64,000 nucleotides of DNA from an uncultured archaeon (GCA_000965745.1 CP009479.1:1376001-1440000), one strand, 5' to 3'. Counted from the stretch's first letter, positions 18,955 to 29,159 are shown. Notes: generated by a model from the sequence alone, not told the origin. Numbers and translations: made by a program.

Positions 18955-20121
18955 ATGGAGGATGTTTATATTGTATCCGCCAAAAGAACGCCGATCGGAA
19001 AGTTCGGCAAATCCTTATCCCGCCTCACTGCACCGGAACTTGGAGCCAAAGCAATATCCGGTGCGATAAAAAGCACACAGTTGCCTTACGAAAATGTTGA
19101 TGAGGTGATAATGGGGAACGTTATACAAGCCGGAGTAGGCCAGAATCCTGCAGGCCAGGCATCCCGGCTGGCGGGTCTTAGTGATGTAGTTACAAAATTC
19201 ACTGTCAATGCAGTATGTGCTTCCGGTATGCTTGCAATTGAGTCGGCAAGCAGGGAAATAGCACTCGGGGAGAGAAACATAGTGGTAGCCGGAGGAATGG
19301 AAAGCATGAGCAATGCACCGTTTCTTCTGCCACCCTACCTAAGGTGGGGTCCGAGGCAACTGTTTAACAAGAATTACAAGATCGATGATGCCATGCTTAC
19401 CGATGGTCTCATGGACGCATTCTATTTTGAGCATATGGGTCTTTCAGCAGAAAAAACCGCTGCCAAGTACGACCTTACAAGAGAGCAGGCTGACCAGTTC
19501 TCTGTTGAAAGCCAGGAGAAAGCTCTCAAGGCGACACAGAACGGAACTCTGAAAAAAGAACTTGTTGAAATGGAGGAGCTGCAGCAGGATGAGGGGATTA
19601 GGGAAACCACGACTGAATCGCTTGGAAAACTGGTCCCTGCATTTGAAAGAAAGGGCATTCTTACAGCAGGGAATTCTTCTCAACTTTCAGACGGCGCTTC
19701 CGCACTTGTGCTTGCTTCGGGAAGGGCGGTGGAAGAGAATAACCTGAAGCCGATCGCCAGAATTCTGGGCTATGAATCTGCTTCTCTTGACCCCAGGGAC
19801 TATGTCATTGCACCCATCCCGGCAACAAAGAAACTCATGAGCAAACTGGGCAAGGATGTCAGTTATTTCGACCTTGTGGAGCACAACGAGGCTTTTTCTG
19901 TAGCATCAATTATTGTCAGGGACGAATTAAAAATACCAAAGGAGATATTCAATGTGAATGGGGACGCTATCGCTTTGGGCCATCCGCTCGGGAACAGCGG
20001 ATCGAGAGTTGTTGTAACTCTGCTGAATGCCCTGAGGGAGAAGAAGCTTTCCAGGGGGTTGGCAACACTCTGCCACGGAGGGGGCGGAGCCCATTCCATG
20101 GCTATTGAGGTGATTGAATGA
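18955..20121 (+). CDS. Acetyl-CoA C-acetyltransferase (thiolase)
   Basis: VNAVCASG, NEAFS, GHPLGNSG, LCHGGG. Confidence 0.95.
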   Translation: MEDVYIVSAKRTPIGKFGKSLSRLTAPELGAKAISGAIKSTQLPYENVDEVIMGNVIQAGVGQNPAGQASRLAGLSDVVTKFTVNAVCASGMLAIESASREIALGERNIVVAGGMESMSNAPFLLPPYLRWGPRQLFNKNYKIDDAMLTDGLMDAFYFEHMGLSAEKTAAKYDLTREQADQFSVESQEKALKATQNGTLKKELVEMEELQQDEGIRETTTESLGKLVPAFERKGILTAGNSSQLSDGASALVLASGRAVEENNLKPIARILGYESASLDPRDYVIAPIPATKKLMSKLGKDVSYFDLVEHNEAFSVASIIVRDELKIPKEIFNVNGDAIALGHPLGNSGSRVVVTLLNALREKKLSRGLATLCHGGGGAHSMAIEVIE

Positions 20122-20954
20122 AAGTAACCGTAATAGGAGCAGGAACAATGGGAAATGGTATAGCACAGGTCTTTGCACAGGGTGGAAACGAAGTAGTGCT
20201 TACAGATATTGTAGAGCCGGTACTGGAAAAGGCCAGGGACACAATAGCAAACTCCCTTGAACGGCTTTCAAAAAAGGGTCTGATCAGTGAGACCCCGGAC
20301 CAGGTGAAGAGGAGGATAACCTTCACAAAGTCAATTGATGACGGAGCGGGATCAGACATCTACGTTGAGGCAATAGTCGAGAAGGTGGAACTCAAGAAGG
20401 ACATACTTCAGAAGATAAATGAGATGGCAAATGAAGATTCAATCATAGCCACAAACACCTCTTCGATCTCAATAAACTATCTGTCCGGTTTCGTGAAGCA
20501 TCCAGAGAATTTTCTGGGCATGCACTTCTTCAACCCTCCTCCGGTCATGAAACTCATTGAAATAGTAACGGGCGTAAGGACCTCAAAGAAAGCGGTTGAA
20601 AAAATTCAGGAGATCTCAAAGGACCTGGGGAAAGAACCTGTTGTCGTGAAAGACTACCCGGGATTTGTTGCAAACAGGGTCCTCATGCCTTTGCTCAGGG
20701 AAGCCATAGTTGCCTATGAGGAAGGTGTTGCCTCCAAAGAGGACATAGACAAAACCGTGAAGTTGGGGCTGAACCACCCCATGGGCCCGCTTGAGCTGGC
20801 TGATTTTGTGGGTCTTGATGTGACCTACGATGTAATGAAGGTGCTATACGACGAATTCGGTGACCCAAGGTACAAGCCGCCGATCACACTCAGAAACATG
20901 GTAAACGCGGGTCTCCTCGGAAGAAAGACAGGGGAAGGCTTCTACAAATACTGA
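20118..20954 (+). CDS. 3-hydroxyacyl-CoA dehydrogenase
   Basis: GAGTMG, TNTSS, GMHFFNP, HPMGP. Confidence 0.95.
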   Translation: MKVTVIGAGTMGNGIAQVFAQGGNEVVLTDIVEPVLEKARDTIANSLERLSKKGLISETPDQVKRRITFTKSIDDGAGSDIYVEAIVEKVELKKDILQKINEMANEDSIIATNTSSISINYLSGFVKHPENFLGMHFFNPPPVMKLIEIVTGVRTSKKAVEKIQEISKDLGKEPVVVKDYPGFVANRVLMPLLREAIVAYEEGVASKEDIDKTVKLGLNHPMGPLELADFVGLDVTYDVMKVLYDEFGDPRYKPPITLRNMVNAGLLGRKTGEGFYKY

Positions 20955-20964
20955 AGGTGTCAAA

Positions 20965-21705
20965 ATGAAGTACATTACAGTTGAAGATATGGGAAAAATA
21001 ACTCTGGCAACGTTGAAAACCGACAATCCTCTTAACCCTTTGAACATAGAGATTCTCAGGGAGATTGGAGAGGCTGTCAGTAACTCCAGGAATGTCGTGG
21101 TCCTGAACAGTGAAGGCCGGGCATTCTCGGCCGGAGCCGACATCAAAAACTTTACAAAAATGAACGCCAATATGGCCCACAGGTTTGCAAGCGAAGGCCA
21201 TGACATCATGAACGGCATAGCCTCTGCAGACGTGCCAGTGATAGCTGCGATACATGGATACGCTCTCGGTGGCGGTTTCGAGCTCGCACTGGCATGCGAC
21301 TTCAGGGTTTCGACCCCGGATGCAAAGCTGGCTCTTCCCGAGATAACTCTCGGAATACTCCCTGGATTTGGTGGAACCCAAAGGCTTAAGGCAATTGCGG
21401 GTGAGGGAAGGGCGCTCGAACTAGTCTCAACAGGCAGGACGTTTACCGGACAGGAAGCCAAGGAAATGGGGATCGTGAACAGGATCTCGACTGACCACAT
21501 GGAAGAAGCCATGGAGCTTGCTGAAGAACTTTCTGAGAAACCCCCGCTCTCTCTTAAATATGCGAAGGCTCTGATAAGGGCGCCTCCAGATGAGTTCTAC
21601 GAAGATGAGAAAGAGAAATTTGGAGTGCTGTTTGAATCAAAAGACAGCAAGGAAGGATTTGATGCTTTCCTGAACAAGAGAAAGCCCAAGTTTAAAGGAG
21701 AATAA
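20965..21705 (+). CDS. Enoyl-CoA hydratase
   Basis: FSAGADI, ALGGGFELALACD, PEITLGILPGFGG. Confidence 0.95.
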   Translation: MKYITVEDMGKITLATLKTDNPLNPLNIEILREIGEAVSNSRNVVVLNSEGRAFSAGADIKNFTKMNANMAHRFASEGHDIMNGIASADVPVIAAIHGYALGGGFELALACDFRVSTPDAKLALPEITLGILPGFGGTQRLKAIAGEGRALELVSTGRTFTGQEAKEMGIVNRISTDHMEEAMELAEELSEKPPLSLKYAKALIRAPPDEFYEDEKEKFGVLFESKDSKEGFDAFLNKRKPKFKGE

Positions 21706-21718
21706 AAAAAGTCTCTGA

Positions 21719-22741
21719 TCACACAAGAGTAATGGCAGCTTCAGGGACCTCAATAAAATATCTCATATTTTCCTCAAATTCCTCTTCTGTGAATAGTCCC
21801 TTTTCCTTATACACCTTTTCATATTTTTCGGCGCTGTCCGGGAATACTGTAAGTATGTTTCCCTTCTCGACAGTTTCGGCCAACTTTCTTGCGCCTGCAA
21901 GGTTTGCCCCGGATGAGGTTCCAACAAACACTTTATGGTTACGCAGAAGGTACCTCACTTCCCTGTATGACTCTTCTTCTGTTACCGTTATGAAATCGTC
22001 TATAAGATCGAGGTGCTCATCAATAAGTTTCCTCTCCTTTGCCTTTTCGTAGTTCCTTATGCCCTGTATGTAGCTGTCAGGATGACTCTGAACTGCATAC
22101 ACCTTTGCCTCATGATTCCTGCTTTTGAGGTAAAAGGAAAGGCCGGTGAGCGTTCCTCCAGTGCCCATTCCGATTGCAGCATACTCTGGCACAAGCCCCG
22201 TCGCCTCCTCGACTTCAGGACCGGTGGTATAGAAGTGGGCGAGCATATTGGACACATTTCCGTGCTGAAACAGGTTGAAATATATTTCAGGATTTTGCCT
22301 TGCCTTCTCCCTCGCCTCATGAATTGCGTTTCCTGTGCTGCTTCTTGACTCTGGAGTCCCGTCATCAAGGGTTTCTATGACAGTGGCACCGGTATCCTTC
22401 AGCCTGTTCTTTGTTCCCTCACTTATTCCCGGTGGTATTATTATTTCAGCCTCAATGCCCAGGTCCTTGGCTATGCTGGCTATGGCTATCCCTGTATTGC
22501 CTGAGGTCCCCTCGACAACGATCCCATCGTCTTTGAGGAAGCCATCATATTGAGCTTTCTTTAGCATGAAAAATGCTGCCCTGTCTTTTACGGATTTGTA
22601 TTTGTTAAAGTATTCAAGCTTGGCATAGATTGAAACATTCTCCTTTACCGGAATTTTGAGAATGGGCGTTCTTCCTATGCCCATTGAATAAGCTTCCTCT
22701 CTGATTCTCTTGTACACAGCTTCTTCAGCAGGATTGAGCAT
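21719..22741 (-). CDS. Cysteine synthase family PLP enzyme
   Basis: SVKDR, TSGNTG, GTGGT, SSGAN; ATG at 22741 preferred over 22786. Confidence 0.9.
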   Translation of the reverse strand: MLNPAEEAVYKRIREEAYSMGIGRTPILKIPVKENVSIYAKLEYFNKYKSVKDRAAFFMLKKAQYDGFLKDDGIVVEGTSGNTGIAIASIAKDLGIEAEIIIPPGISEGTKNRLKDTGATVIETLDDGTPESRSSTGNAIHEAREKARQNPEIYFNLFQHGNVSNMLAHFYTTGPEVEEATGLVPEYAAIGMGTGGTLTGLSFYLKSRNHEAKVYAVQSHPDSYIQGIRNYEKAKERKLIDEHLDLIDDFITVTEEESYREVRYLLRNHKVFVGTSSGANLAGARKLAETVEKGNILTVFPDSAEKYEKVYKEKGLFTEEEFEENMRYFIEVPEAAITLV

Positions 22742-22950
22742 TCTGATGGGATATGATCGCGCACTTATTATTCTTATTGAAGTCAAAATTGTTAAATCAG
22801 GCTAGCAACCGGCGGTAGATGAATTCAGATTTTTTAGTAATAGATTTAAGAGATGACTTATTAGATATGTACTGGGGCCTATGAATTTGCATATTATAAA
22901 AATACTTATATATATGAATTCGCCTTATAGACATGACAATTGTCTGACAA

Positions 22951-25900
22951 ATGATTGATATGATGATTGAAAGCCTTGAACTGGATAACTTCAAATCGTT
23001 CGGAAATAAAAGGAAGATTCTTTTCCGGAAAGGATTCACCGTCATAAGCGGTCCGAATGGAAGCGGCAAGAGCAATATAGGCGACTCAATGCTCTTTGTC
23101 CTCGGAGTCCGCTCTTCAAAGGCTGTAAGGGCAGACAGGCTTGCTGACCTGATACACAAGGCTTCCAGCCCTAACAGGCAGAGGGATACCTGCAAGGTCA
23201 CAATCACATTCAACAGTGAAAACCCGGAACTTTCAGAGGATGAAAAGAGGATCAGGCTCACGAGGGAATTGATTTCCGATACCGAAAGTTATCATTCAAA
23301 TTATTACATCAACGGGGAGAGGGTCAGGCACTCCGACGTTGAAAGGCTACTAGACTCACTGCACATATATCTTGACTCATACAGCTTTGTGCTGCAGGGT
23401 GACATCAACAACATAATAAAAATGAGCGGGATCGAAAGAAGAAAACTTCTTGAATCCATCTCCGGCATCGAGAGTTTCGACGTGCAAATAGACAAAGCAA
23501 AATCCGACATCGAAGCGATATCCGGAAACCTGACAAAACTCGAAATTATGCACGAAGAAGCCCAGCGACGACTGGAAGAACTCAGGATAGACAAGGAAAA
23601 TGCTGAAACTTTTAACTCCTATTCACAGAGAATAAAGGACATGAGGGCCACCCTTCTTGGATATGACCTGAACAGGCTGAACAGGGACGTTGAGTCAGTT
23701 GAGACTCAGATTTCCAGCCTTACCTCAGAGATTGACACTTTAAACCTTGAGAACTCAGGCCTCCAGGAAGATGTGGAATCAAAAAGGTCCACACTCAAAA
23801 AGCTCGAGGAGGAAAGAGAAGCGATCTCCGGTTCTGAGCTAGGGGAGATAAGGCAGCACATTGCGGATCTGAGGGTAAAAATCGCTGAGTTCAGGATGAA
23901 GAAGGATGACAGGGGCGAGCAGATCCACAATCTTCAGGAAGAGGTATCCAGCAGGGATAGCCAGTCCGAGGAGATCAGGAAAACAATTTCGTCCAAGAGT
24001 GATGCACTGGAATCCAGGGAGTCGGAACTCATGAGAATTCAGGACGAAATGAGGCGCATAGAAGAACAACTTTCCAAAATGAGGATAGAGTTCAGCGATT
24101 CCACAAAATCAGCAAAGAAGTTTCAGGAGAGGCTTGTGGAGATTGATGCAAGCATAGACAACATCAATTCACAGAACGATGCTGTCAGGGAGAAATATAA
24201 CGAACTAATCCAGGAAAAATCAAAGATCATGACTGAACTGGTCTCCCGTGAGGAAAAGAGAAAAGATCTCGAATTCCAGATTAAGGATGCCCAGTGGAGG
24301 CTTAAGGACATATCGGGAACCGACCAGACCAAGAGGAAGACGCTCCAGGACCTGAGAAAGCAGTACTATGAAGTCAAGAATGAGCTGGAGGAAAACCAGA
24401 AAGCAAAGGAAGCTGCCAAAGACAGGCTTTCTATCCTTTCAAGGGAATATGACAAACTTACCATGAGCATGCAGGGGTCAAGAGGCGCAGGATCGAGAAC
24501 CCTCTCATCAATCATAAACGCCAGAAACCAGAACATGATTGATGGCATTCATGGCCCCATCAGGGACCTCATAAGCTTTGATGAGAAGTACAGAAGTGCC
24601 GTAGAATCAACTGCAGGAGGCAGGCTTAACGCTGTTGTTGTTGAGAATGACCAGGTGGCCCAGGAATGCCTGGAATATCTGAGGAAAGAGAAGATAGGCA
24701 AACTTACATTTCTGCCGCTTAACAAGTTAAGTACAGGCCGGCCAAGGGGAAAGGCAATCATTGTGCATGGGTCAGACGGCTCACTTGGCTATGTGTTTGA
24801 GCATATATCATATGAGAGCGTATATGAGGCTGCTGTCTGGTACGCTTTTCAGGATACGGTTATAGTTGACACTGTCCAGACTGCAAGAAAGTACATGGTC
24901 GGTGTAAGGCTTGTTACCCTTGGAGGGGATATTTTTGAGGCAAGCGGCGCCATCACAGGTGGTTATAATGAAGCACGGAAGAGCAATGCCGCCACGGAAT
25001 CCAAATTATCACAGCTTTCCTCCGAAATTAACGGCCTCAATGAAGAATTAAGCATTCTGAACCCTAAAATAGAGGATGGCAAACACCTTGTGGACCAGCT
25101 TACCACAGAAATGACGGAACTTTCAAAGGAAGAAGGGTCAAAGACCAAAGAGATAGATCAACTCAGGGAGATAGCGGAGAAGGCGGAAAGACAGATCGAG
25201 GGGGTTGACTCACAGGTTGCAGAGTCTGAGGAATCCCTTCGAAAAACTGAAAACCACCTCAAGGCGCTCAATGAAGAAATGCTGGAGAACGGCGACAAAA
25301 TAGACCAGCTTTCAAAGGAGAAATCAGAAATCCATGAGAAGTTGAAATCCCTGTCTCCCGAAACCGTAGAGCTCCAGAGCGACCTGGAGAGGACTTATGC
25401 CTCACTAAGAACCGACGAGCAAAGCATGCTGGATGGTATTTCATCAACAAGATCAGACTTGAAACATATGGAGGGGGACCTCCAGGAAAATGCGAAGCTG
25501 ATAGGTAACAGCACCAATCAGATCGTCCAGCTGAAAGATGAAGTCAATGTCCTGCAGGATCGGATCTCTGAACAGAATACTGAACTTGAAAAATACAGGA
25601 AGATCGAAGAGGAAATGGACCAGAAGACAAAAGAGCAGACAGAGAAGATCCATGCAATAGAGAATGAGGTCGAAAGGATAAGCGGCAGGATGGAGGGAAA
25701 CAAGTCCCTGGTTTCAACAAAGCATGATGTCATTATCACTCTAAGCTCAAGGCTTGAAACTTACAGGACCAAAATTACGGAAATAGAGGAGCAACTGGCC
25801 GAGACCGGTGGAACTGCAATTCAGGAGAAACTTTCAATTACGGAAATAAAAGGCACGATAAGCGATCTTGAGAACAGGATTGAGCAGCTCGGGCCGATAA

Positions 25901-26499
25901 ACCACAAAGCGATTACTGAGTTTGATGAGGTTAGTGTTGAATGTTCAAACATTTCAGAGGAGATGACCAGGCTGAAGGAAGAAAAGAAAAGCCTTGAGGA
26001 TTTGACCGAGAAGCTAAACGAGCAGAAGAAGACAATTTTCCTCAATCTATATCACGCCATAAACCAGCACATGAACGAGATATACGCAACACTTTCGGCA
26101 GGCGGCGAAGCACAGCTGGTACTTTCTGATGAGCTTGACCCGCTGAACGCAGAAGTTTCTATCAGGGCAAGGCCGAAAGGGAGAAACTTCAGCAAGCTCC
26201 ACTCACTTAGTGGCGGGGAAAAGAGCCTGACTGCTCTTTCGTTTATAATGGCTGTTCAGAGAATAAACCCGTCCCCGATATACTATCTTGACGAGGTGGA
26301 CATGTTCCTTGACGGAGCAAACGTGGAAAGGATCGGCAAGATGTTCAAGAGCAACTCCTCAACTTCGCAGATTCTTGTTGTATCGCTGAGGAAAGCGATG
26401 CTGAAATATGCTGAAAACATCATCGGTGTCACAAGTTTCGACGAGGAAAACACTGAAGTATTCGAGAAATCTCTCGGGACTGAACCGGAGGTGTTCTGA
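22951..26499 (+). CDS. smc: Chromosome segregation protein SMC
   Basis: Walker A GPNGSGKS, coiled coils, hinge GIHG..DLI..GGRL, signature LSGGEK, Walker B YYLDEVD. Confidence 0.98.
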   Translation: MIDMMIESLELDNFKSFGNKRKILFRKGFTVISGPNGSGKSNIGDSMLFVLGVRSSKAVRADRLADLIHKASSPNRQRDTCKVTITFNSENPELSEDEKRIRLTRELISDTESYHSNYYINGERVRHSDVERLLDSLHIYLDSYSFVLQGDINNIIKMSGIERRKLLESISGIESFDVQIDKAKSDIEAISGNLTKLEIMHEEAQRRLEELRIDKENAETFNSYSQRIKDMRATLLGYDLNRLNRDVESVETQISSLTSEIDTLNLENSGLQEDVESKRSTLKKLEEEREAISGSELGEIRQHIADLRVKIAEFRMKKDDRGEQIHNLQEEVSSRDSQSEEIRKTISSKSDALESRESELMRIQDEMRRIEEQLSKMRIEFSDSTKSAKKFQERLVEIDASIDNINSQNDAVREKYNELIQEKSKIMTELVSREEKRKDLEFQIKDAQWRLKDISGTDQTKRKTLQDLRKQYYEVKNELEENQKAKEAAKDRLSILSREYDKLTMSMQGSRGAGSRTLSSIINARNQNMIDGIHGPIRDLISFDEKYRSAVESTAGGRLNAVVVENDQVAQECLEYLRKEKIGKLTFLPLNKLSTGRPRGKAIIVHGSDGSLGYVFEHISYESVYEAAVWYAFQDTVIVDTVQTARKYMVGVRLVTLGGDIFEASGAITGGYNEARKSNAATESKLSQLSSEINGLNEELSILNPKIEDGKHLVDQLTTEMTELSKEEGSKTKEIDQLREIAEKAERQIEGVDSQVAESEESLRKTENHLKALNEEMLENGDKIDQLSKEKSEIHEKLKSLSPETVELQSDLERTYASLRTDEQSMLDGISSTRSDLKHMEGDLQENAKLIGNSTNQIVQLKDEVNVLQDRISEQNTELEKYRKIEEEMDQKTKEQTEKIHAIENEVERISGRMEGNKSLVSTKHDVIITLSSRLETYRTKITEIEEQLAETGGTAIQEKLSITEIKGTISDLENRIEQLGPINHKAITEFDEVSVECSNISEEMTRLKEEKKSLEDLTEKLNEQKKTIFLNLYHAINQHMNEIYATLSAGGEAQLVLSDELDPLNAEVSIRARPKGRNFSKLHSLSGGEKSLTALSFIMAVQRINPSPIYYLDEVDMFLDGANVERIGKMFKSNSSTSQILVVSLRKAMLKYAENIIGVTSFDEENTEVFEKSLGTEPEVF

Positions 26500-27317
26500 T
26501 GGAAACGGATCAGGTGCTGAGAGATATAGTGGTCCAGGGAACCTTGCTTGATTACAACACCGATGTGTATGCATCCATAATGAAGAAAACCAAGGATTCA
26601 CGGGAATTCTCGGACCCTTTCGCCAGGCTTGTGGCCTCTACATTCAAGCTATGCGAGGAGGGTGTCATAGATCCGTGGAATGTTGATCTTCGAGGTTTTT
26701 CCAAAATATTCATATCAATAATTGACGAGACGTTCGATCGGTTTGGCATGGCTGGGTACCTGATAGGTCAGGCATGGCACATTCTTCTTGAAAAAACGGA
26801 AAGGTCCGTTATGAAGAGGCAGCAGCTGGAGGTCCCGGAAACCTACGTTGAAGAGGGCCCGGATGATGGGATGGAGTCTCCCGTGCTTGAATTTGAGCCG
26901 CGAGCCCTTGAGCTTTCTGAACCGGTCAAGCACAGGGAAAAGAGGCAGGTAATGCTTGTGGAACTGCTTGAGGCAATGCGTGTTGCGGTAAGGAAGGAGA
27001 GGAAGAGAGTTCACACAACCCGGCAGGAAAAGGAAGAATTTGACGCCACAGCCATGGAGGAGATAATATTCGAACTTCACGCCGAAGAACCTGAGAAGGA
27101 AATTGATAACACCTACGAAAAAATACTCTCGCAGTTCGCAGATCAGTTCTACATTGAAGAAATATGGGGAAGCAGCGTGGAGGACAGGTGGGGCTTTTTT
27201 GTATATTGCCTGTTTCTCATGAGGGAGAAGAGGATCATCCTGAAACAGGAAGGCGCTTTTGGGAAAATCTCCATCCAGCGTATCGCGAGGCCGGATGGGC
27301 AGGTCATCAACATTTGA
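26499..27317 (+). CDS. scpA: Kleisin ScpA
   Basis: IDPWNVDL motif; C-terminal F..CLFL..E..I.L.Q..FG.I winged helix; coupled to smc. Confidence 0.9.
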   Translation: METDQVLRDIVVQGTLLDYNTDVYASIMKKTKDSREFSDPFARLVASTFKLCEEGVIDPWNVDLRGFSKIFISIIDETFDRFGMAGYLIGQAWHILLEKTERSVMKRQQLEVPETYVEEGPDDGMESPVLEFEPRALELSEPVKHREKRQVMLVELLEAMRVAVRKERKRVHTTRQEKEEFDATAMEEIIFELHAEEPEKEIDNTYEKILSQFADQFYIEEIWGSSVEDRWGFFVYCLFLMREKRIILKQEGAFGKISIQRIARPDGQVINI

Positions 27318-27351
27318 GCCTGCTAGGTTGCCAGGAGGAAATCTGCTTTCC

Positions 27352-27600
27352 ATGAAAGATGACGGCACCCTCAGTGCATCTGAAATATCCGAGTACTCAT
27401 TTTGCAGTGTGGCTTGGTACATGGATTCAAACGGCTATCCAAGGAGCACAATATCTTCCAAAAGGATGGAGAATGGCAGGAAAATGCACAAGAAGCTTGA
27501 GCCGAGGTACAAAAGGGTAAGCATTGCTGCCAGACTGTCGATTGCTGCCATTGTTCTACTTTCAATAATATTGGTGGCCTTTGCCGCAGGGCTGATCTGA
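27352..27600 (+). CDS. N-terminal fragment of a split Cas4-like nuclease with C-terminal TM helix
   Basis: SASEISEYSFC..AWY and G+xxH (GRKMH) match the Cas4 N-terminus; C-terminal about 22-aa hydrophobic helix. Confidence 0.75.
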   Translation: MKDDGTLSASEISEYSFCSVAWYMDSNGYPRSTISSKRMENGRKMHKKLEPRYKRVSIAARLSIAAIVLLSIILVAFAAGLI

Positions 27601-28116
27601 GTGGATGCTTATGAGATATACGCGATCCTCTTTCTTCTCATAATGCTCTTTGTGATAATGTCAGCCGTCCTTTCCCGCTCCAGAAAGAAATTTGCAATGC
27701 CCGATGGAAAGGCAGTATATGGAGACCTCATGGCTGAGGGGAAAATCCTGAGATCACGAAGGTACGGCCTAACGGGAAAGCCTGACAAGATTGTGCAGAA
27801 CGGGAAAGAAGTGGTGCCCTACGAGTACAAGTCAACAGATGCTGTAAGGCCCAGGGAGGGGCACATGCTCCAGATGGCCGCATACTTTGTGATACTGGAG
27901 GAGAACTTCCCGGGCTCAAAGGTTGAATACGGCATACTGAAGTACAAGAATTATGCATTCAGGATTGAAAACAGCCAGCGGCTCCGGGAAGAGCTCTTCA
28001 ATGTAATGGGCAGGATAAGGGGGAACCTTGGGATGCCTGAACCCAACCATAATAATCCGGGAAGGTGCGTATATTGCAGTTTCCGTGGAACCTGTTCAAA
28101 AAAGTTAATTAAATGA
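27601..28116 (+). CDS. cas4: C-terminal nuclease fragment of a solo Cas4-like PD-(D/E)XK protein with N-terminal TM helix
   Basis: LRS..YGLTGKPD, EYK, QMAAY, CxxCx5C; N-terminal hydrophobic helix. Confidence 0.85.
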   Translation: MDAYEIYAILFLLIMLFVIMSAVLSRSRKKFAMPDGKAVYGDLMAEGKILRSRRYGLTGKPDKIVQNGKEVVPYEYKSTDAVRPREGHMLQMAAYFVILEENFPGSKVEYGILKYKNYAFRIENSQRLREELFNVMGRIRGNLGMPEPNHNNPGRCVYCSFRGTCSKKLIK

Positions 28117-29159
28117 GACAGTATGTGCGCTGGTTCATGGATAAACTAGAACTCCTAGCCAGAAACATGGTGGAAGTGATCACGGAAGCTGAAGCCAAGG
28201 ACGCACTGGAATCAGGGAGGAACAAGGCATACATTGGTTTTGAGCCTTCAGGTCTGCCGCACATCGCCACGGGGCTCCTCTGGCCAAGAAAACTTAACGA
28301 TCTTATAGAGCTTGGGCTGGACACCACCGTACTCCTTGCTGACTGGCATGCCAAGGTGAACGACAAGCTCGGCGGAGACCTTTCCAGGATTCAGGAGAGT
28401 GGCCGCCTTCTCCTGAAGAGCATGAAGGTTATGGGCCTCAGCGACAAGGTCAAGTTTCTCTGGACAAGTGACATGGTTTCGGACCCGGAATACTGGAGCA
28501 CACTCCTAAACGTGGCAAAAACGGCCAATCTTTCACGCATAAGGCGCGCCCTGCCAATAATGGGAAGAACCGAGGAGGATGCGGACAAAGATTTCAGCAA
28601 GTACATCTATCCTCTAATGCAGGTTACAGACATTTTCTACATGGACCTGGATTTTGCTTTTGGCGGAATGGACCAGAGGCACGCGCACATGCTCGCCAGG
28701 GACGTGGCAGAAAAAATGGGCAGAAAGAAAGTTATATCTGTGCACGGCCCCCTCCTTGGAAGCCTTACCGGGACGGGCAGGATGGATTCATTCAAGAAGA
28801 TGTCAAAGAGCGACCCTAACTCAGCAATATTCCTTTTTGATCCTCCTGAAAAGGTGAGGTCCAAGATAAAGAAGGCATACTGTCCAATCAAGGAGGTAGA
28901 AGGGAACCCCGTAATGGACATAATACGACACATAATAATGCCGTATTATGGGGAGAACTTTTTGATACGTAGGCCTCCGCAGAAAGGTGGTGAAATTTCC
29001 CCAGAAACATATGGCGAGCTTGAGAAGCTATATGTCAATGGCGACATCCATCCGGTTGATCTCAAGAACGCGGTCTCTGACGCACTAAACGAAATGATAG
29101 CCCCGGCTAACAGGCTCGTCGAAAGAGAAGAGATTGATCTGAGCAATTTCCAGGTCTAG
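28113..29159 (+). CDS. tyrS: Tyrosine--tRNA ligase (start may be 28137)
   Basis: YIGFEPSG.PHIA, YPLMQVTD, GGMDQ, KMSKS. Confidence 0.97.
   Translation: MRQYVRWFMDKLELLARNMVEVITEAEAKDALESGRNKAYIGFEPSGLPHIATGLLWPRKLNDLIELGLDTTVLLADWHAKVNDKLGGDLSRIQESGRLLLKSMKVMGLSDKVKFLWTSDMVSDPEYWSTLLNVAKTANLSRIRRALPIMGRTEEDADKDFSKYIYPLMQVTDIFYMDLDFAFGGMDQRHAHMLARDVAEKMGRKKVISVHGPLLGSLTGTGRMDSFKKMSKSDPNSAIFLFDPPEKVRSKIKKAYCPIKEVEGNPVMDIIRHIIMPYYGENFLIRRPPQKGGEISPETYGELEKLYVNGDIHPVDLKNAVSDALNEMIAPANRLVEREEIDLSNFQV

Noticed and set aside
20844-21512. Long antisense ORFs (also 26715-27422, 56145-56747, 3291-3878 and others)
   Set aside because: Shadow frames of well-supported genes with no motifs of their own
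23500-26050. Repetitive-looking E/K/L-rich sequence
   Set aside because: Normal SMC coiled-coil arms, not a DNA repeat
27352-28116. CRISPR-Cas locus suggested by cas4
   Set aside because: No repeat-spacer array and no cas1, cas2 or effector genes seen anywhere in the window
22951-28116. Wadjet (JetABCD) defence system
   Set aside because: SMC and ScpA look like canonical condensin subunits; no kite or Toprim JetD gene; the nuclease is PD-(D/E)XK type
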